64,000 nucleotides of DNA from Cenarchaeum sp. (GCA_963692915.1 OY843584.1:1088001-1152000); one strand, 5' to 3'; positions 54,265-64,000 are shown, numbered from the stretch's first letter. Notes: a model not told the origin generated them from the letters alone. Made by a program: numbers and translations.

Positions 54265-54609
54265 ATGGGACTGGCGATGGTCATCACGACATACGCAGAC
54301 ATGGCGTCAGCTCGAACCGAGGCGCAGCGCATGGTCAGGGCGCGACTTGCCGCGTGCGCAAGCATGACTCCCGTGACGTCGATATACGAGTGGAACGGCG
54401 CAATGCAGGATGCCGGCGAGGTCATGACAATATTCAAGACGGCGCAGGACAGGGCAGGCGCGCTGCGCGAGGCCATACTGGCGGGTCACGCGTACGACAC
54501 GCCCGAGGTCATTACGCTTGATGCCGAGTCGGCCGGCCCCTACATGGACTGGGTCTGCGCGCATGTCGGCTCAGGTGCCAAATCGCAGGGTCGCGATAAC
54601 GCCGCCTAG
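54265..54609 (+). CDS. cutA: CutA divalent-cation tolerance protein
   Basis: RLAACAS, SIYEWNG, IFKT, HAYDTPEVI, YMDWV. Confidence 0.92.
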   Translation: MGLAMVITTYADMASARTEAQRMVRARLAACASMTPVTSIYEWNGAMQDAGEVMTIFKTAQDRAGALREAILAGHAYDTPEVITLDAESAGPYMDWVCAHVGSGAKSQGRDNAA

Positions 54610-55608
54610 GCCAGAGACGCGCATCCCGACGTCGGTGCTCGTGTCAACGGCATAGACGTCCGCGCCGCCTGACTCGGCGTCATTGAGGAGGCGGACTGCG
54701 GCATCCTCGCCGGCATCAGCTAGCAGGCGGTCAGAGAAGACGACTGCCGAGGCTGCGCGCGAGGTTACCGCACGCAGGACGTCAGCATGGCCCATCGCAT
54801 ACAGCCTCGAGCGCGAACCGGCCATGCGCATGACCTCCTCGACTATCTCGAGGACGCGCGCGAGCTTTGAGCCAGACATGATCTCGCGCATCATGGCCGA
54901 CTTTGCGAACGTGTGGATGCCATCCTCACCGCCCGAGTCGATGCCCTCGATGACGTGCGCCTCGAGTCCCTCTATCTTGTCGAGCTCGGCGCACACGCGC
55001 CTCTTCTCCTCGCCTGGCCCAAATACGACGAGACCGTCGCCGGCGTGTGCGATCGACGAGACGGCAACGCGAACGCCGGCGCGGTATGCCGTCGCATCAG
55101 TGCTCACGCGGTAGCGCTTGCCGGCAATTCCCGAGTATATGTTGGGGAGTATGTGGAGGTGCGTGCCGACAAGCCTTGCGATTCCGCACTCGCGCGTGTC
55201 AGTGGCAACAAGTATGAACGCGCGCGCCGCGCGCGTGCGGCCGAGGAGGCGCCTGTGGAGCGGTGTCCATGACCTCTTGCTGATCGTGATGCGCTCACCC
55301 GGCGTCACCGTTATCGAGTGGTGCGAGCCGTGACTGACTGACTCGTGGCTCGAGCCAGTTATCGGGCCGGATACTCGCAGACGGTCAAGGACGCTGTCAA
55401 GGGATGCGCGCTCGACTCGCAGAGTTATACGAATACGCACACGCTCGCCCCTGTCAGGGCGCGCGTGCTCGCGCTCTGCCTTTATTGCGCGCGTCGTGCT
55501 TGCAGTCACTAGGTCTCCCGGCGCAAGAACGCGCCGGAGCGCTATGAGGTCATCGGGTTCCTCGGGCGTGACGTGCATCGAGCCGTCGGCTGCGCGCGAG
55601 GATATCAT
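54571..55608 (-). CDS. pelA: Pelota/Dom34 ribosome rescue factor
   Basis: PEEPDDL..LRRVL.PGD, DRLRVSG.I, GSHHSI, GLGGVIATLRF. Confidence 0.93.
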   Translation of the reverse strand: MISSRAADGSMHVTPEEPDDLIALRRVLAPGDLVTASTTRAIKAEREHARPDRGERVRIRITLRVERASLDSVLDRLRVSGPITGSSHESVSHGSHHSITVTPGERITISKRSWTPLHRRLLGRTRAARAFILVATDTRECGIARLVGTHLHILPNIYSGIAGKRYRVSTDATAYRAGVRVAVSSIAHAGDGLVVFGPGEEKRRVCAELDKIEGLEAHVIEGIDSGGEDGIHTFAKSAMMREIMSGSKLARVLEIVEEVMRMAGSRSRLYAMGHADVLRAVTSRAASAVVFSDRLLADAGEDAAVRLLNDAESGGADVYAVDTSTDVGMRVSGLGGVIATLRFGT

Positions 55609-55638
55609 GCGCCGACTACCGCAAACCTCATGGCGAGC

Positions 55639-56046
55639 CTAGGACCCGTCGGTCTTGCCCTCGCGCTTTTGCTCGGCATAGTTCTCTATCCACTTTAGGT
55701 CGACGACGCCGGCCTGGGCCATGTTGACTATGGTGTGGTCAGAGGCCACACCGGTGACCTTGCCGCTGTACTTGCCCTGCTGGCGCCACTTTAGCGACGT
55801 GTTGCCGCTCTTTGAGTTGTATATGACGCCGAGGACGTCGCGCGCGTTGACGAATGTGATTCCGCGCATGTCCTTGAGCGTCACCTTGTCGGCGGCCTCG
55901 ACGTATATCACGCCGGGCTCCTCGGAGCGCTCGGGGAATATCTCTGAATCATCAAGGTAGCTCTGGGGCGCAAAGGACTCGCACGTGCTCGCCATGATGA
56001 ACCTCCTAAAGCTGTCTAGTGACGCAGACGCGTCTATCTCCACCAT
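55639..56046 (-). CDS. Hypothetical protein (135 aa)
   Basis: MVEIDASASLDSFRRFIMASTCESF...; host-like codon usage; TATA-like sequence upstream. Confidence 0.75.
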   Translation of the reverse strand: MVEIDASASLDSFRRFIMASTCESFAPQSYLDDSEIFPERSEEPGVIYVEAADKVTLKDMRGITFVNARDVLGVIYNSKSGNTSLKWRQQGKYSGKVTGVASDHTIVNMAQAGVVDLKWIENYAEQKREGKTDGS

Positions 56047-56121
56047 CGGGGCGCACCGCCATGCATGCCGTTTATCAAGGTTTTTCAAGGGTCGCCCGTG
56101 CGCTGTGCCCTTAGGCACGGC

Positions 56122-56183
56122 GCGGGCTGTGATGAGCGCATCCTGATGAGGCAGATGATCTGGATCTTGAGTTCTGAGCCCGC
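56122..56183 (+). ncRNA. Box C/D guide sRNA, D-guide complementary to tRNA-Leu(CAA) anticodon arm
   Basis: Terminal stem gcgggc/gcccgc, box C GTGATGA (56129), internal D'/C'-like boxes, box D CTGA (56174-56177). Confidence 0.8.
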
Positions 56184-56206
56184 AAGAATCGCCCTGGGTG
56201 CCCTCC

Positions 56207-56371
56207 CTAGCCAAAGTCCGTGTCGCGCTTTTGGCTGCCTGACTCGTTGGCCCTCGCGGCGGCGCGGAACTCGTCTTCGTGGTTCTGCGGTCCGTGGCCA
56301 CAGCTCACACACGCTATCTTGAAGCCGTTCTCGTTTCGGACATACTCGTCACACCCGCAAAAGCACGCCAT
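56207..56371 (-). CDS. 54-aa Cys/His-rich putative metal-binding microprotein
   Basis: MACFCGCDEYVRNENGFKIACVSCGHGPQNH...; TTATAA about 27 nt upstream; below the ORF-track cutoff. Confidence 0.75.
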   Translation of the reverse strand: MACFCGCDEYVRNENGFKIACVSCGHGPQNHEDEFRAAARANESGSQKRDTDFG

Positions 56372-56410
56372 CGCGCGCGGCGTGCGGCACGGGGACGTTA
56401 TAACGCTTTA

Positions 56411-56776
56411 CTAGCTTCCAAGCATCTTGCCAGCAAGGTTGTCGCGCCGGCGAATCCACTTGAGTTCAAGCGAGGAGAACTCGCCGATGATGGGCCATAT
56501 CTCCCTGGCAAGCGCGCGCAGCGAGTCGTTGTTTATCCCGTACTGGTGTTTTACCTGTGAGACCATCGTCTGTGAATCGCTGTATATCGTGATCTTCTCT
56601 GACTGTGCGCCCTCTGAGCTCAGCCACTCAAGGGCGAGCTTTAGGGACATGTATTCGGCCTCCATGTTTGTCAGGTTTTGCGCACGCTCATAGCTGGACT
56701 TGCCGGACTCTTTTACGAAAAATCCAAACTTTGGGTCATCACCGGCGCCACCATCGATGTATATCGTCATGGCCAT
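56411..56776 (-). CDS. Ribonuclease HI-like protein
   Basis: IYIDGG, TNMEAEY, IYSDSQ, WIRRRDNLAG. Confidence 0.88.
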   Translation of the reverse strand: MAMTIYIDGGAGDDPKFGFFVKESGKSSYERAQNLTNMEAEYMSLKLALEWLSSEGAQSEKITIYSDSQTMVSQVKHQYGINNDSLRALAREIWPIIGEFSSLELKWIRRRDNLAGKMLGS

Positions 56777-56829
56777 CGACGCGCGTGGCGCGCAGGGCGC
56801 GATATAAGCGTGATTGTGGCCGCGCAGGC

Positions 56830-57135
56830 TCACTCGAGTGCCAGGCGCAAGAGTATGGCAAGTCCGGCAAGCTCGGCGATGCCGACTGCTAGCATATACG
56901 GGAATATCGCATGCGAGAATAGATCATCCATCGAAAAGTATGCCAGCGCGCCTATCGCGTTGTGCAGGATCAGGAGCGAGGAGACGAGCATCATTCCCAG
57001 GGGCAGGCGCGCGCTCGTCGCCTGGCGCATCCTCGCATAGACTGCGATGAGCACGGAGAGTATTCCAATGTTTGCGAGCGACACGGCAGACAGTGCCGCA
57101 GACGTGGCCTCCATCATGCGTGTGTGTGACAACAT
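56830..57135 (-). CDS. Small three-helix membrane protein
   Basis: Three hydrophobic segments; co-oriented directly behind the ArsR-type regulator. Confidence 0.75.
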   Translation of the reverse strand: MLSHTRMMEATSAALSAVSLANIGILSVLIAVYARMRQATSARLPLGMMLVSSLLILHNAIGALAYFSMDDLFSHAIFPYMLAVGIAELAGLAILLRLALE

Positions 57136-57138
57136 GGT

Positions 57139-57465
57139 TTATTTGCTTTTTTCCAGTTTTGCTGCGATCTCGTCAAACGTGGCCATGTTTGCCTCTAGGA
57201 GCGCAGAGGCCGAGTACGTCACGGCATAGCGTTCGCCGGCGCTTGAGACCATGCCGTCGCGCGTGAGAACCCTGAGATGGTGCTGCACGGCCTTATAGTC
57301 CACGCCTAGCGCGCCGGCCAGCTGGTTTGTGTTCATGGGCCGATCACGCAGAAGCGATATGATGCTGGTTCGCATGGGCCCGCCGCGCGTGCCGGCAAAG
57401 AGCATCCACAGCAGCCTCCTTGTGTACGGGTCGCTTGCCAACGTCACAGGCACACGGGCCGCCAT
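57139..57465 (-). CDS. ArsR-family winged-HTH regulator
   Basis: LLWMLFAGTRGG.MR..I..LLRDRPMNTNQLA..LGVDYKAVQHHLRVL; start may be TTG at 57441. Confidence 0.9.
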   Translation of the reverse strand: MAARVPVTLASDPYTRRLLWMLFAGTRGGPMRTSIISLLRDRPMNTNQLAGALGVDYKAVQHHLRVLTRDGMVSSAGERYAVTYSASALLEANMATFDEIAAKLEKSK

Positions 57466-57498
57466 GCTATAATAGCTCACGCGACACGTGCGTGCGCC

Positions 57499-58503
57499 TT
57501 GTCGGAGATACATGACCCACGCGGGCGAACCGCCGTCGTCATGGCCGGCTTTGCGCTAGCCTCCATGGCCATAGTCGGCGGGGTCATGTGGGCAACAGTC
57601 GACACGGGCGGCGCCTCGCATGGCGCCTGGACGGCGATAGCGTATGCGGCGGGCCTCTCGATGATAGTCCTCCCGTGCACGATGCCGCTAGTCTTTGTCA
57701 TCGTGCCGATGAGCATGGGTCGCGGAAACCACAGGGGCCTTGCAATGGCAGGACTATTTGGGGCCGGCCTAGTCATCACGATAACTGCGTACACTGCCGG
57801 CGTTGCCGCGCTTGGTGGTGCTGCCTCACTTGAGACTGCATCATCGGTCATGTTCGGCCTCGCCGGTGTCATAGCATACGCGTTTGGCCTCTCGCAGCTT
57901 GGCATAATCTCGATTCGCCTGCCAACGTATACCGGAATGCCAAAGTTCATGCAGGGTCGCGGCGAGCTTGCGCGCTCGTTTCTCATGGGAATACTGCTCG
58001 GAAACGCCGGAGTCGGCTGCCCCAACCCAATGTTCTACTGGCTCCTCGTCCACGTCGCCACAGTCGGCAGCGTCGAGCTCGGCGCGTCACTCGGCGTGGT
58101 TCACGGGATCGGCAGGGCAGTCCCGCTCGTCCTCGTCTCGGTTCTTGCCATACTCGGCGTTGACGCAACACGCCGCCTCGTCGGCGCGCGCATGAGACTT
58201 GAGCGCATCACGGGTGCGACGCTCATAGTCCTCGGCGCGTTTCTCGTGATCAATGCGCTGCCCTCCGGACACGCGTGGTACGAGCAGACAGTCGTCCATG
58301 GCGGATGGAACGCGCTAGTCGCCGAGCTCGGCATCCCATCCGAGCTTGCCATGGGGATCCACGACCACGGCGAGGTCGCGTTCCTGCCGCAGTGGATCGC
58401 ACCTGCGCTCCTCGGCGCGCTCATCACCGCGCCGGCCGTGGCATGGGCATTAGGGCTGGCGGTGCGCCGCGCGCGTGCGCCAGGAGACACGCAGGACGCA
58501 TGA
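57499..58503 (+). CDS. CcdA/DsbD-like transmembrane thiol-redox protein
   Basis: AGLSMIVLPCTMPLV and GVGCPNP cysteine pair in a multi-pass membrane protein. Confidence 0.85.
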   Translation: MSEIHDPRGRTAVVMAGFALASMAIVGGVMWATVDTGGASHGAWTAIAYAAGLSMIVLPCTMPLVFVIVPMSMGRGNHRGLAMAGLFGAGLVITITAYTAGVAALGGAASLETASSVMFGLAGVIAYAFGLSQLGIISIRLPTYTGMPKFMQGRGELARSFLMGILLGNAGVGCPNPMFYWLLVHVATVGSVELGASLGVVHGIGRAVPLVLVSVLAILGVDATRRLVGARMRLERITGATLIVLGAFLVINALPSGHAWYEQTVVHGGWNALVAELGIPSELAMGIHDHGEVAFLPQWIAPALLGALITAPAVAWALGLAVRRARAPGDTQDA

Positions 58504-58592
58504 GCGTGTGACGGCCAACTCTTGCCCCACGGGGCGCGACAGGCGCGCGGCCACGCAAACGCATTTAGCACAACGGCCTCCTCGTGCGCACA

Positions 58593-59369
58593 ATGCTCAC
58601 GAGCATAGAGTCACTCTCCACGGCCATCGATGACGCGCGCACGCTCGTCATCGATGCGCGAGCCTTCTCCGAGTACGCCAAGGGCCACATACCGGGGGCA
58701 GTCAGCGTTGACCTCTTTTCACTGCACTGGGTCGACACGACGCCGGCCGGAATAGACGCGTTCACGTCGCACATGCGCCTTGTCCTCTCGATGGCCGGAG
58801 TTGATGAGACGCGCAGGGTTGTGGTATATGACAACTCTTCAGGCATGCTCGCCGCGCGCGGCGTGTGGCTCCTCCAGTACCTCTCGCATCCAGACGCGAC
58901 GATGCTCGATGGCGGCATGGGCCTGTGGAAGGCGCGCGGACTGGACGTCGAGACTGACCTGCGCGCACCAGTCCCCTCGGAGCTAAAGACTCCGGCAAAC
59001 CCCACGCTAATAGCCGGCTATGGCGACATACTTGCAGGCGGTGGATCCCTGGAGCTCATCGATGCGCGGTCTGCAGACGAGTATTCGGGCAAGGTCGTTC
59101 GCGCCGCGCGCGGCGGACACATACCGGGTGCTACGAACATTGACTGGGCCGGCACGCTGGACTCTGAAGGGCGCCTTGCGGGGCGCGACGAGCTGGCCAA
59201 GGCGTACGGCATCACGCGAGACGCGCGGGTCATCACGTACTGCCAGGGCGCGTATCGCGCTGCGCACGCCTACGTTGCTCTAAAGGTTCTCGGCTATGAC
59301 GACGTTCGCGTTTACCTTGGATCGTGGGGAGAGTGGGGCAACCGCCGCGAGCTTCCAGTAGAGCCCTAG
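58593..59369 (+). CDS. Tandem-domain rhodanese/sulfurtransferase
   Basis: YAKGHIPGA, LDGG, GHIPGA.NIDW, active-site YCQGAYRAA, YLGSWGEW. Confidence 0.95.
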   Translation: MLTSIESLSTAIDDARTLVIDARAFSEYAKGHIPGAVSVDLFSLHWVDTTPAGIDAFTSHMRLVLSMAGVDETRRVVVYDNSSGMLAARGVWLLQYLSHPDATMLDGGMGLWKARGLDVETDLRAPVPSELKTPANPTLIAGYGDILAGGGSLELIDARSADEYSGKVVRAARGGHIPGATNIDWAGTLDSEGRLAGRDELAKAYGITRDARVITYCQGAYRAAHAYVALKVLGYDDVRVYLGSWGEWGNRRELPVEP

Positions 59370-61462
59370 GCGCGCTTCCACGACAGGCGGTTGTAGACGG
59401 TCTCGGGCACGAGGGAGCTGAACGCCGGCGCGCCGCCGTCATACCATTTTGTGAAATACTCGTAAAGGTGGAGCCTGAGCGACTGTATGTACACGATGAG
59501 GCCCTCGATTATCATTATCCCAATGTTGCCCCCGATGAGGAGCGCAAGGGCCGCGCCGGACTCGACGCCGCCAAGCGAGTGGAACGCATTGTTCACGGTG
59601 AGTAAGAGTGCCGCATGGACCAGCAGCATGATGCCGATTCGCGCATAGCTTATTGTGTGCGCAAGCGCCTCTATCGTCTTGCCCAGCAGAACCTCCATGA
59701 CTACTGCCGCAGCACCTCCGCCCTCATCAGGGTGCCTCTTGGAGTGGAGTATGCCGCCGACCATCATCGTGGCCATCGACGCAATGGCTGTAACGACTGC
59801 AATCCTAGTCACGATCCAGACCTGTGCCCACTCGCCCAGAAAGACTGTCACCCAGGGAACCGCCTCGGCGTGCGCGCGCGAGTACATGTTGATGACATCA
59901 TACTGTGCGCCTATGGCGCACATCATGATAACCACAATGCTCCCATAGAGCGTGAGGCTCGGCACGCCCTCCATGTAGGCCGCTATCTTGTGGCCCGCGA
60001 GTATGAGGCGCCTTATGCGCAGGACCATGGCCGCGACGAGGTGTATGATGCCGATAAAGAGCGAGACCTTTAGTATGTCGATGACCTGCTCGAATGTGAG
60101 CTCCGCTACGCTTATCGCGCCGACTAGCCACGAGACAGAGTGGAGCGGACCGCCCTCATGGAGGAGTGACTCAAAGGGCTCGAGGTGGTCGAGGTGGAAT
60201 CCAAACGCCTCGCCCGCACCGACTCCGGCTATCGCAGCTGACGCGCCAGAGATGGCGATGAGCATTCCCCAGCGCGAGAGCGTCCCCTGGCCCTTTAGCT
60301 TGAACAATAGTCCCATGCCCATCAGGAGGAGGCCGTGGCCGAGGTCGGCGAACATTATCCCGTAGAATATTGGCCACGCAAGCGCAATCATTGGAGTTGG
60401 ATCAAGCTCGCCCATGCGCGGTATTCCCTGGCTCTGCGTTATGGGCTCAAACGTGCGCGCAAACCGCCTGTTCTCGAGCAGTGTTGGCGCGCCGGCTGCA
60501 ACATCACCGCTCATCTCATCCACCATCGCCGTCCACTTTGGGAACGCGCTGGCAAACTTTGATGCGAGCCTTGCCGGTATGTATCCCTGTATTACTGCAA
60601 ACCTGCGCGTCCCGCCGGGCTTTCGCAGAGTCTCTAGCACATCCTTTGCGACGAGGGCCGCCTCGCGCATTGCGGCAATCTCGGCGCGGCCGGACTTTGA
60701 TATGGAGGCAAGGCGGCGGCGTATCTCCTTTTGCCGTGCGCGAAGCTCGGCGGCCTTTGAGGCTGCCAGCGCGTGGGCCTCGCTTGGAACCTGCGGGAAC
60801 CCCTCGGGGATGCGAAACGGCGCGGCGCCAAACCCGCGCATCACCTTTAGCGCGCGCTCCGAGTCCGACGCGGCGCACACGACAAGAATCCCGACGCTCT
60901 CCTTGGAGCCCAGGTCGAGTCGCAGAACCGTTGCGCCATCAAGTGAGCGCACGACCTCGTCATGATCAGATGCGCCAATGACAAACATGTCGACGTAAAA
61001 GTTGCGCATCAGGCCAAAGCCGCCGAGGTTGACGCCAAGGCCAGAGGCCGCGCCCAGGCCTGCGCGCAGTGCCAGGTACTCCTCAAGTGACCTGCGCGAT
61101 TGCGCAAGCTCCTCGAGGAGCTTTGTGGCCTCGCCGATGACGCCAGGCGCGCGCGAGCGCATGTCGGCCATCATGCCCTCTATCTCGGAGAGCTCATAGT
61201 CGCGTCGGCGAATCGAGGCCCCCTTGAAGAGAATCTCCATAATCCCGACGCGCTCGGGTATGCCCAGGCCCCGAGCCGCCTCGTCTATCTCCTGGAAGAG
61301 CTTTTGGGCCTCGAGGAGCAGGTCGTCAAGCTCGGGCGTGACGAGCTCGTCCTTTGAGTCGATCTTGTGGAACCACTCAAACTCGGCCAGGCGCGAGACT
61401 GCCTGCGCGGCCTCTGATCGCGGGAGCGCAAGCGTGGCCAGGCGAAGCTCTGCTACTCCCAA
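59366..61462 (-). CDS. atpI: A/V-type ATP synthase subunit I
   Basis: PTP..A.AWPIFYGIMFADLGHG, HTISYARI, IQSLRLHLYEYFTKWY. Confidence 0.96.
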   Translation of the reverse strand: MGVAELRLATLALPRSEAAQAVSRLAEFEWFHKIDSKDELVTPELDDLLLEAQKLFQEIDEAARGLGIPERVGIMEILFKGASIRRRDYELSEIEGMMADMRSRAPGVIGEATKLLEELAQSRRSLEEYLALRAGLGAASGLGVNLGGFGLMRNFYVDMFVIGASDHDEVVRSLDGATVLRLDLGSKESVGILVVCAASDSERALKVMRGFGAAPFRIPEGFPQVPSEAHALAASKAAELRARQKEIRRRLASISKSGRAEIAAMREAALVAKDVLETLRKPGGTRRFAVIQGYIPARLASKFASAFPKWTAMVDEMSGDVAAGAPTLLENRRFARTFEPITQSQGIPRMGELDPTPMIALAWPIFYGIMFADLGHGLLLMGMGLLFKLKGQGTLSRWGMLIAISGASAAIAGVGAGEAFGFHLDHLEPFESLLHEGGPLHSVSWLVGAISVAELTFEQVIDILKVSLFIGIIHLVAAMVLRIRRLILAGHKIAAYMEGVPSLTLYGSIVVIMMCAIGAQYDVINMYSRAHAEAVPWVTVFLGEWAQVWIVTRIAVVTAIASMATMMVGGILHSKRHPDEGGGAAAVVMEVLLGKTIEALAHTISYARIGIMLLVHAALLLTVNNAFHSLGGVESGAALALLIGGNIGIMIIEGLIVYIQSLRLHLYEYFTKWYDGGAPAFSSLVPETVYNRLSWKRA

Positions 61463-61833
61463 TGTGGCACGCGTCCGGAGTTCTACTTTTTAATACCTTT
61501 CTGATGTCCTGGACCCCTTTTGGCCCTTTTGCGATCCCAGTTGCGCAGACTGGCGATCGGGGCAGCATCGGCCATGGGCACCTTGCCCCACCAGAGCCAC
61601 CGCTAGTGGCGCAGGATCTGCCCAAGGCGCGCATGTCACGGCAGGCGCCATGTCTGCCGCATGGTCGCCGCCGGTGCGAACCCCGGGGTGCGCAGTCACC
61701 CTGCCCTGGGATGGGCACGCCTCGCTGCCATTGGGCACCCCAGAACGTGGGCCTCGCGTGCATACGTGGACAGCCGACGAAAGGGGCCGATCAGCGTTCA
61801 AGACATATATAAGAACTAGCAGTTTGGCGTCCC

Positions 61834-62184
61834 ATGGAGCGCATGTCCGGAAACGACGAGTCTATCTCGCAGGGACCAATGGCATCCCGCATTACACCAT
61901 CAAACCCCCAGACTGTCAAGGTCACACCCTGCGTGCCGAGAGGCGCATTCACAATGCCCAACATACGCCATGCGCATAAAGCACAAAGCAGGCGAGGCGA
62001 CACGATGACAAACGTCCTCGGGGAGATCGACAGTGCGGCACTCGCCAACAACATAGCCATGGGCGGATCCCTGTTCACCCAGGCTGATGCCGCACTCGCA
62101 CTTGATGTCATAGAGCGCATGGTGGACGTTCACATTATCAAGATAAAGTCCGCAATTGCAGGATATCGGAGGGACAGTGTCTGA
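61834..62184 (+). CDS. Hypothetical protein
   Basis: TATATAAG about 21 nt upstream; start may be 62005; stop overlaps the next ATG. Confidence 0.45.
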   Translation: MERMSGNDESISQGPMASRITPSNPQTVKVTPCVPRGAFTMPNIRHAHKAQSRRGDTMTNVLGEIDSAALANNIAMGGSLFTQADAALALDVIERMVDVHIIKIKSAIAGYRRDSV

Positions 62185-62462
62185 TGCAAGACGCCGCGAG
62201 TCTTGAAGACATAAAACGGGAGATTGCCGACCTGCATGCACGCAAGGCAGTTGCAACAAGGGCGCACAGAGAAGCCATGCATGACTGTGTCAAAAAGGAC
62301 GGCTCTCCGGACACTGCGATACTAGTCCAGCGACGCGCCGACATCAACAGCATGGAGGCACGATTACGCGAGCTAGAGGATCAATACTATCTGATATCCC
62401 TCAGGGGATCCCAAAAAAGGGATTCAGCAGAAAAAACAGTCGCAAAGGGCGACAGCACGTAA
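62184..62462 (+). CDS. Small coiled-coil hypothetical protein
   Basis: TGATG coupling; heptad-like LEDIKREIADL and INSMEARLRELEDQY. Confidence 0.55.
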   Translation: MQDAASLEDIKREIADLHARKAVATRAHREAMHDCVKKDGSPDTAILVQRRADINSMEARLRELEDQYYLISLRGSQKRDSAEKTVAKGDST

Positions 62463-62909
62463 CGTCGGCGCGCAATCATGGCGCCATTTATGCGAGCGGC
62501 CATGAACGCAGCCACAGACATCGTGCCACAGCGCCGCATCCCGCACAGCATGGACACGCCGATGACTCTGCCCACAGGCGACCCTGTGGGCGTCACGTGA
62601 TCTCGGTGCGCCCAGGGCGCCGGTGGCGGCCGATTGGGCAGCCTAGCCCTAGGTGGGCGCCCATGCCATGCGGCACCGGCGGGGTCTGGCATGGCATGTG
62701 CCACGTGCGCTCATTGGCTCCCCATCACATCAGAACCACGGCCATGGGAGCAAGATCGCCGATCTGCCCGAGCTCGCCGTGCCGACTCTTAGGGCACAGA
62801 CGCGCACGCGTGGGAGAGGCCGACGCCGGACCAAAATGGGCGCATGATCCGCCCAAACTGCCAAAAACCAACAAACACTAAAATCTGCGCCGCCGGACGT
62901 GTGCCCGAT

Positions 62910-63509
62910 TTGGCCTCAAATGTGCCCCTTGAGAGGACGATCAGCACGGTTCTAGAGCAGGCCGGCGGGGAGCTCCTAGGAAGCCTCGCCGAGTCGTACG
63001 ACGCGGCCCAAAAGTCCCTCGCAGCCTCGCTGCCGGGCCTAGAGGCCGAGTATGACCGCATAATATCCGAGGCCGGCAAGGAGGCAGACAAGCTAAAGAG
63101 GCAGATCACCGGCGGGGCCGACCTCGAGGCGCGCAATGCGCAGCTCCGCCTCGTCGAGGGAGCCATCGACAAGGTCTTCGGCGAGGTCGCCTCGCGCATA
63201 CGCGACGCGCCCCGTGACGAGTCCTACTCACGCCTGATCGCAGGCCTCCTCTCAGAGGCGACGACTGCCCTGGGAACGACGGACGTTATAGTCTCAACTA
63301 GTGCCGCTGACCGCGAGGCAGTCTCGGCTGCCGTCTCGGCAGTCTCGGGCGCCGAGCTTGCCGCCGAGCCCATAGAGTGCATGGGCGGCCTGCGGGTCGT
63401 GACGCGCGATGGCGCGACCTCTTTTGACAATACGCTTGACGCAAGGGTGGAGCGCATGAAGCCTTTAATAAGGAAGGAAATTGCCACGCGCTTTGGATTA
63501 GGTAACTGA
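62910..63509 (+). CDS. atpE: A/V-type ATP synthase subunit E
   Basis: GGADLEARNAQL, IECMGGL, FDNTLDARVERMKPLIRKEIA; directly upstream of atpA. Confidence 0.92.
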   Translation: MASNVPLERTISTVLEQAGGELLGSLAESYDAAQKSLAASLPGLEAEYDRIISEAGKEADKLKRQITGGADLEARNAQLRLVEGAIDKVFGEVASRIRDAPRDESYSRLIAGLLSEATTALGTTDVIVSTSAADREAVSAAVSAVSGAELAAEPIECMGGLRVVTRDGATSFDNTLDARVERMKPLIRKEIATRFGLGN

Positions 63510-63512
63510 GAT

Positions 63513-64000
63513 ATGGCGGTGCAGGGCAGAATTGTGTGGATAAGCGGTCCGGCCGTCAAGGCCGACGGGATGGCCAGCGCAAAGATGTACGAGACTGTCA
63601 CCGTCGGCGAGGCAAAGCTGATAGGCGAGGTCATCCGCCTCACCGGCGATGTCGCCTTTATCCAGGTTTACGAGTCAACTAGCGGCCTGAGGCCAGGCGA
63701 GCCGGTCACGGGGACGGGAAACCCGCTCAGCGTCCTGCTCGGACCGGGCATCATCGGCCAGATATATGACGGCATACAGCGTCCCCTTCGCGAGCTCTCA
63801 AAGGCATCAGGCTCGTTCATCGGGCGCGGGATCACCACTACGCCCATAGACATGTCCAAAAAGTACCACTTTGTCCCCAGCGTCGCCTCAGGCGACACCG
63901 TTGAGCCCGGCAGCATAATAGGATCCGTAAAGGAGACTGACATGATCGACCACAAGATAATGGTCCCGCCAGACCATGCGGGTGGCCGCATCACGAGCCT
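63513..64000 (+). CDS. atpA: A/V-type ATP synthase subunit A (5' part)
   Basis: [17 protein letters not shown]...[16 protein letters not shown]...[17 protein letters not shown]. Confidence 0.97.
   Translation, partial: MAVQGRIVWISGPAVKADGMASAKMYETVTVGEAKLIGEVIRLTGDVAFIQVYESTSGLRPGEPVTGTGNPLSVLLGPGIIGQIYDGIQRPLRELSKASGSFIGRGITTTPIDMSKKYHFVPSVASGDTVEPGSIIGSVKETDMIDHKIMVPPDHAGGRITS

Noticed and set aside
56047-56301. 85-aa N-terminal extension of the 55639 ORF; RNase P RNA candidate
   Set aside because: The interval is explained by the C/D sRNA and the 54-aa ORF, and I see no RNase P P4 (GAGGAAAGUCC-type) motif

Overview
High-GC archaeal DNA, most likely a Nitrosopumilaceae/Cenarchaeum-like thaumarchaeote (archaeal SRP RNA, pelota, A/V-type ATPase with atpI divergent from atpE-atpA, TATA boxes close to start codons). 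There are three zones. (1) 1-34787: one uninterrupted minus-strand ORF of at least 11,595 codons that runs off the left edge, so the ORF track misses it. It encodes a secreted, acidic surface protein built from ~100-120 aa Ig-like/SwmB-like repeats with extensive internal duplication and mosaicism. The plus-strand ORFs here are antisense shadows. (2) ~34.8-51 kb: a lower-GC accessory island. It holds a three-gene cassette (two paralogues with HK97 capsid/encapsulin-like motifs around a HEPN gene carrying an in-frame G19 tract) bracketed by ~165-bp direct repeats with a palindrome and a C16-19 tract. It also holds a divergent prephenate-dehydratase-like gene, four paralogous ~114-aa orphan genes arranged as a duplicated pair, a YwgA/Panacea-like gene coupled to a membrane protein gene, and TPR, DUF3800, TGT-like and repeat-plus-nuclease genes. 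(3) 51-64 kb: housekeeping genes (acyP, SRP RNA, tRNA thiolase, site-2 protease, cutA, pelota, a C/D sRNA that appears to target tRNA-Leu(CAA) C34, RNase HI-like, ArsR, CcdA-like, rhodanese, atpI, atpE, atpA). Family assignments come from motif recognition by eye, not from database searches.
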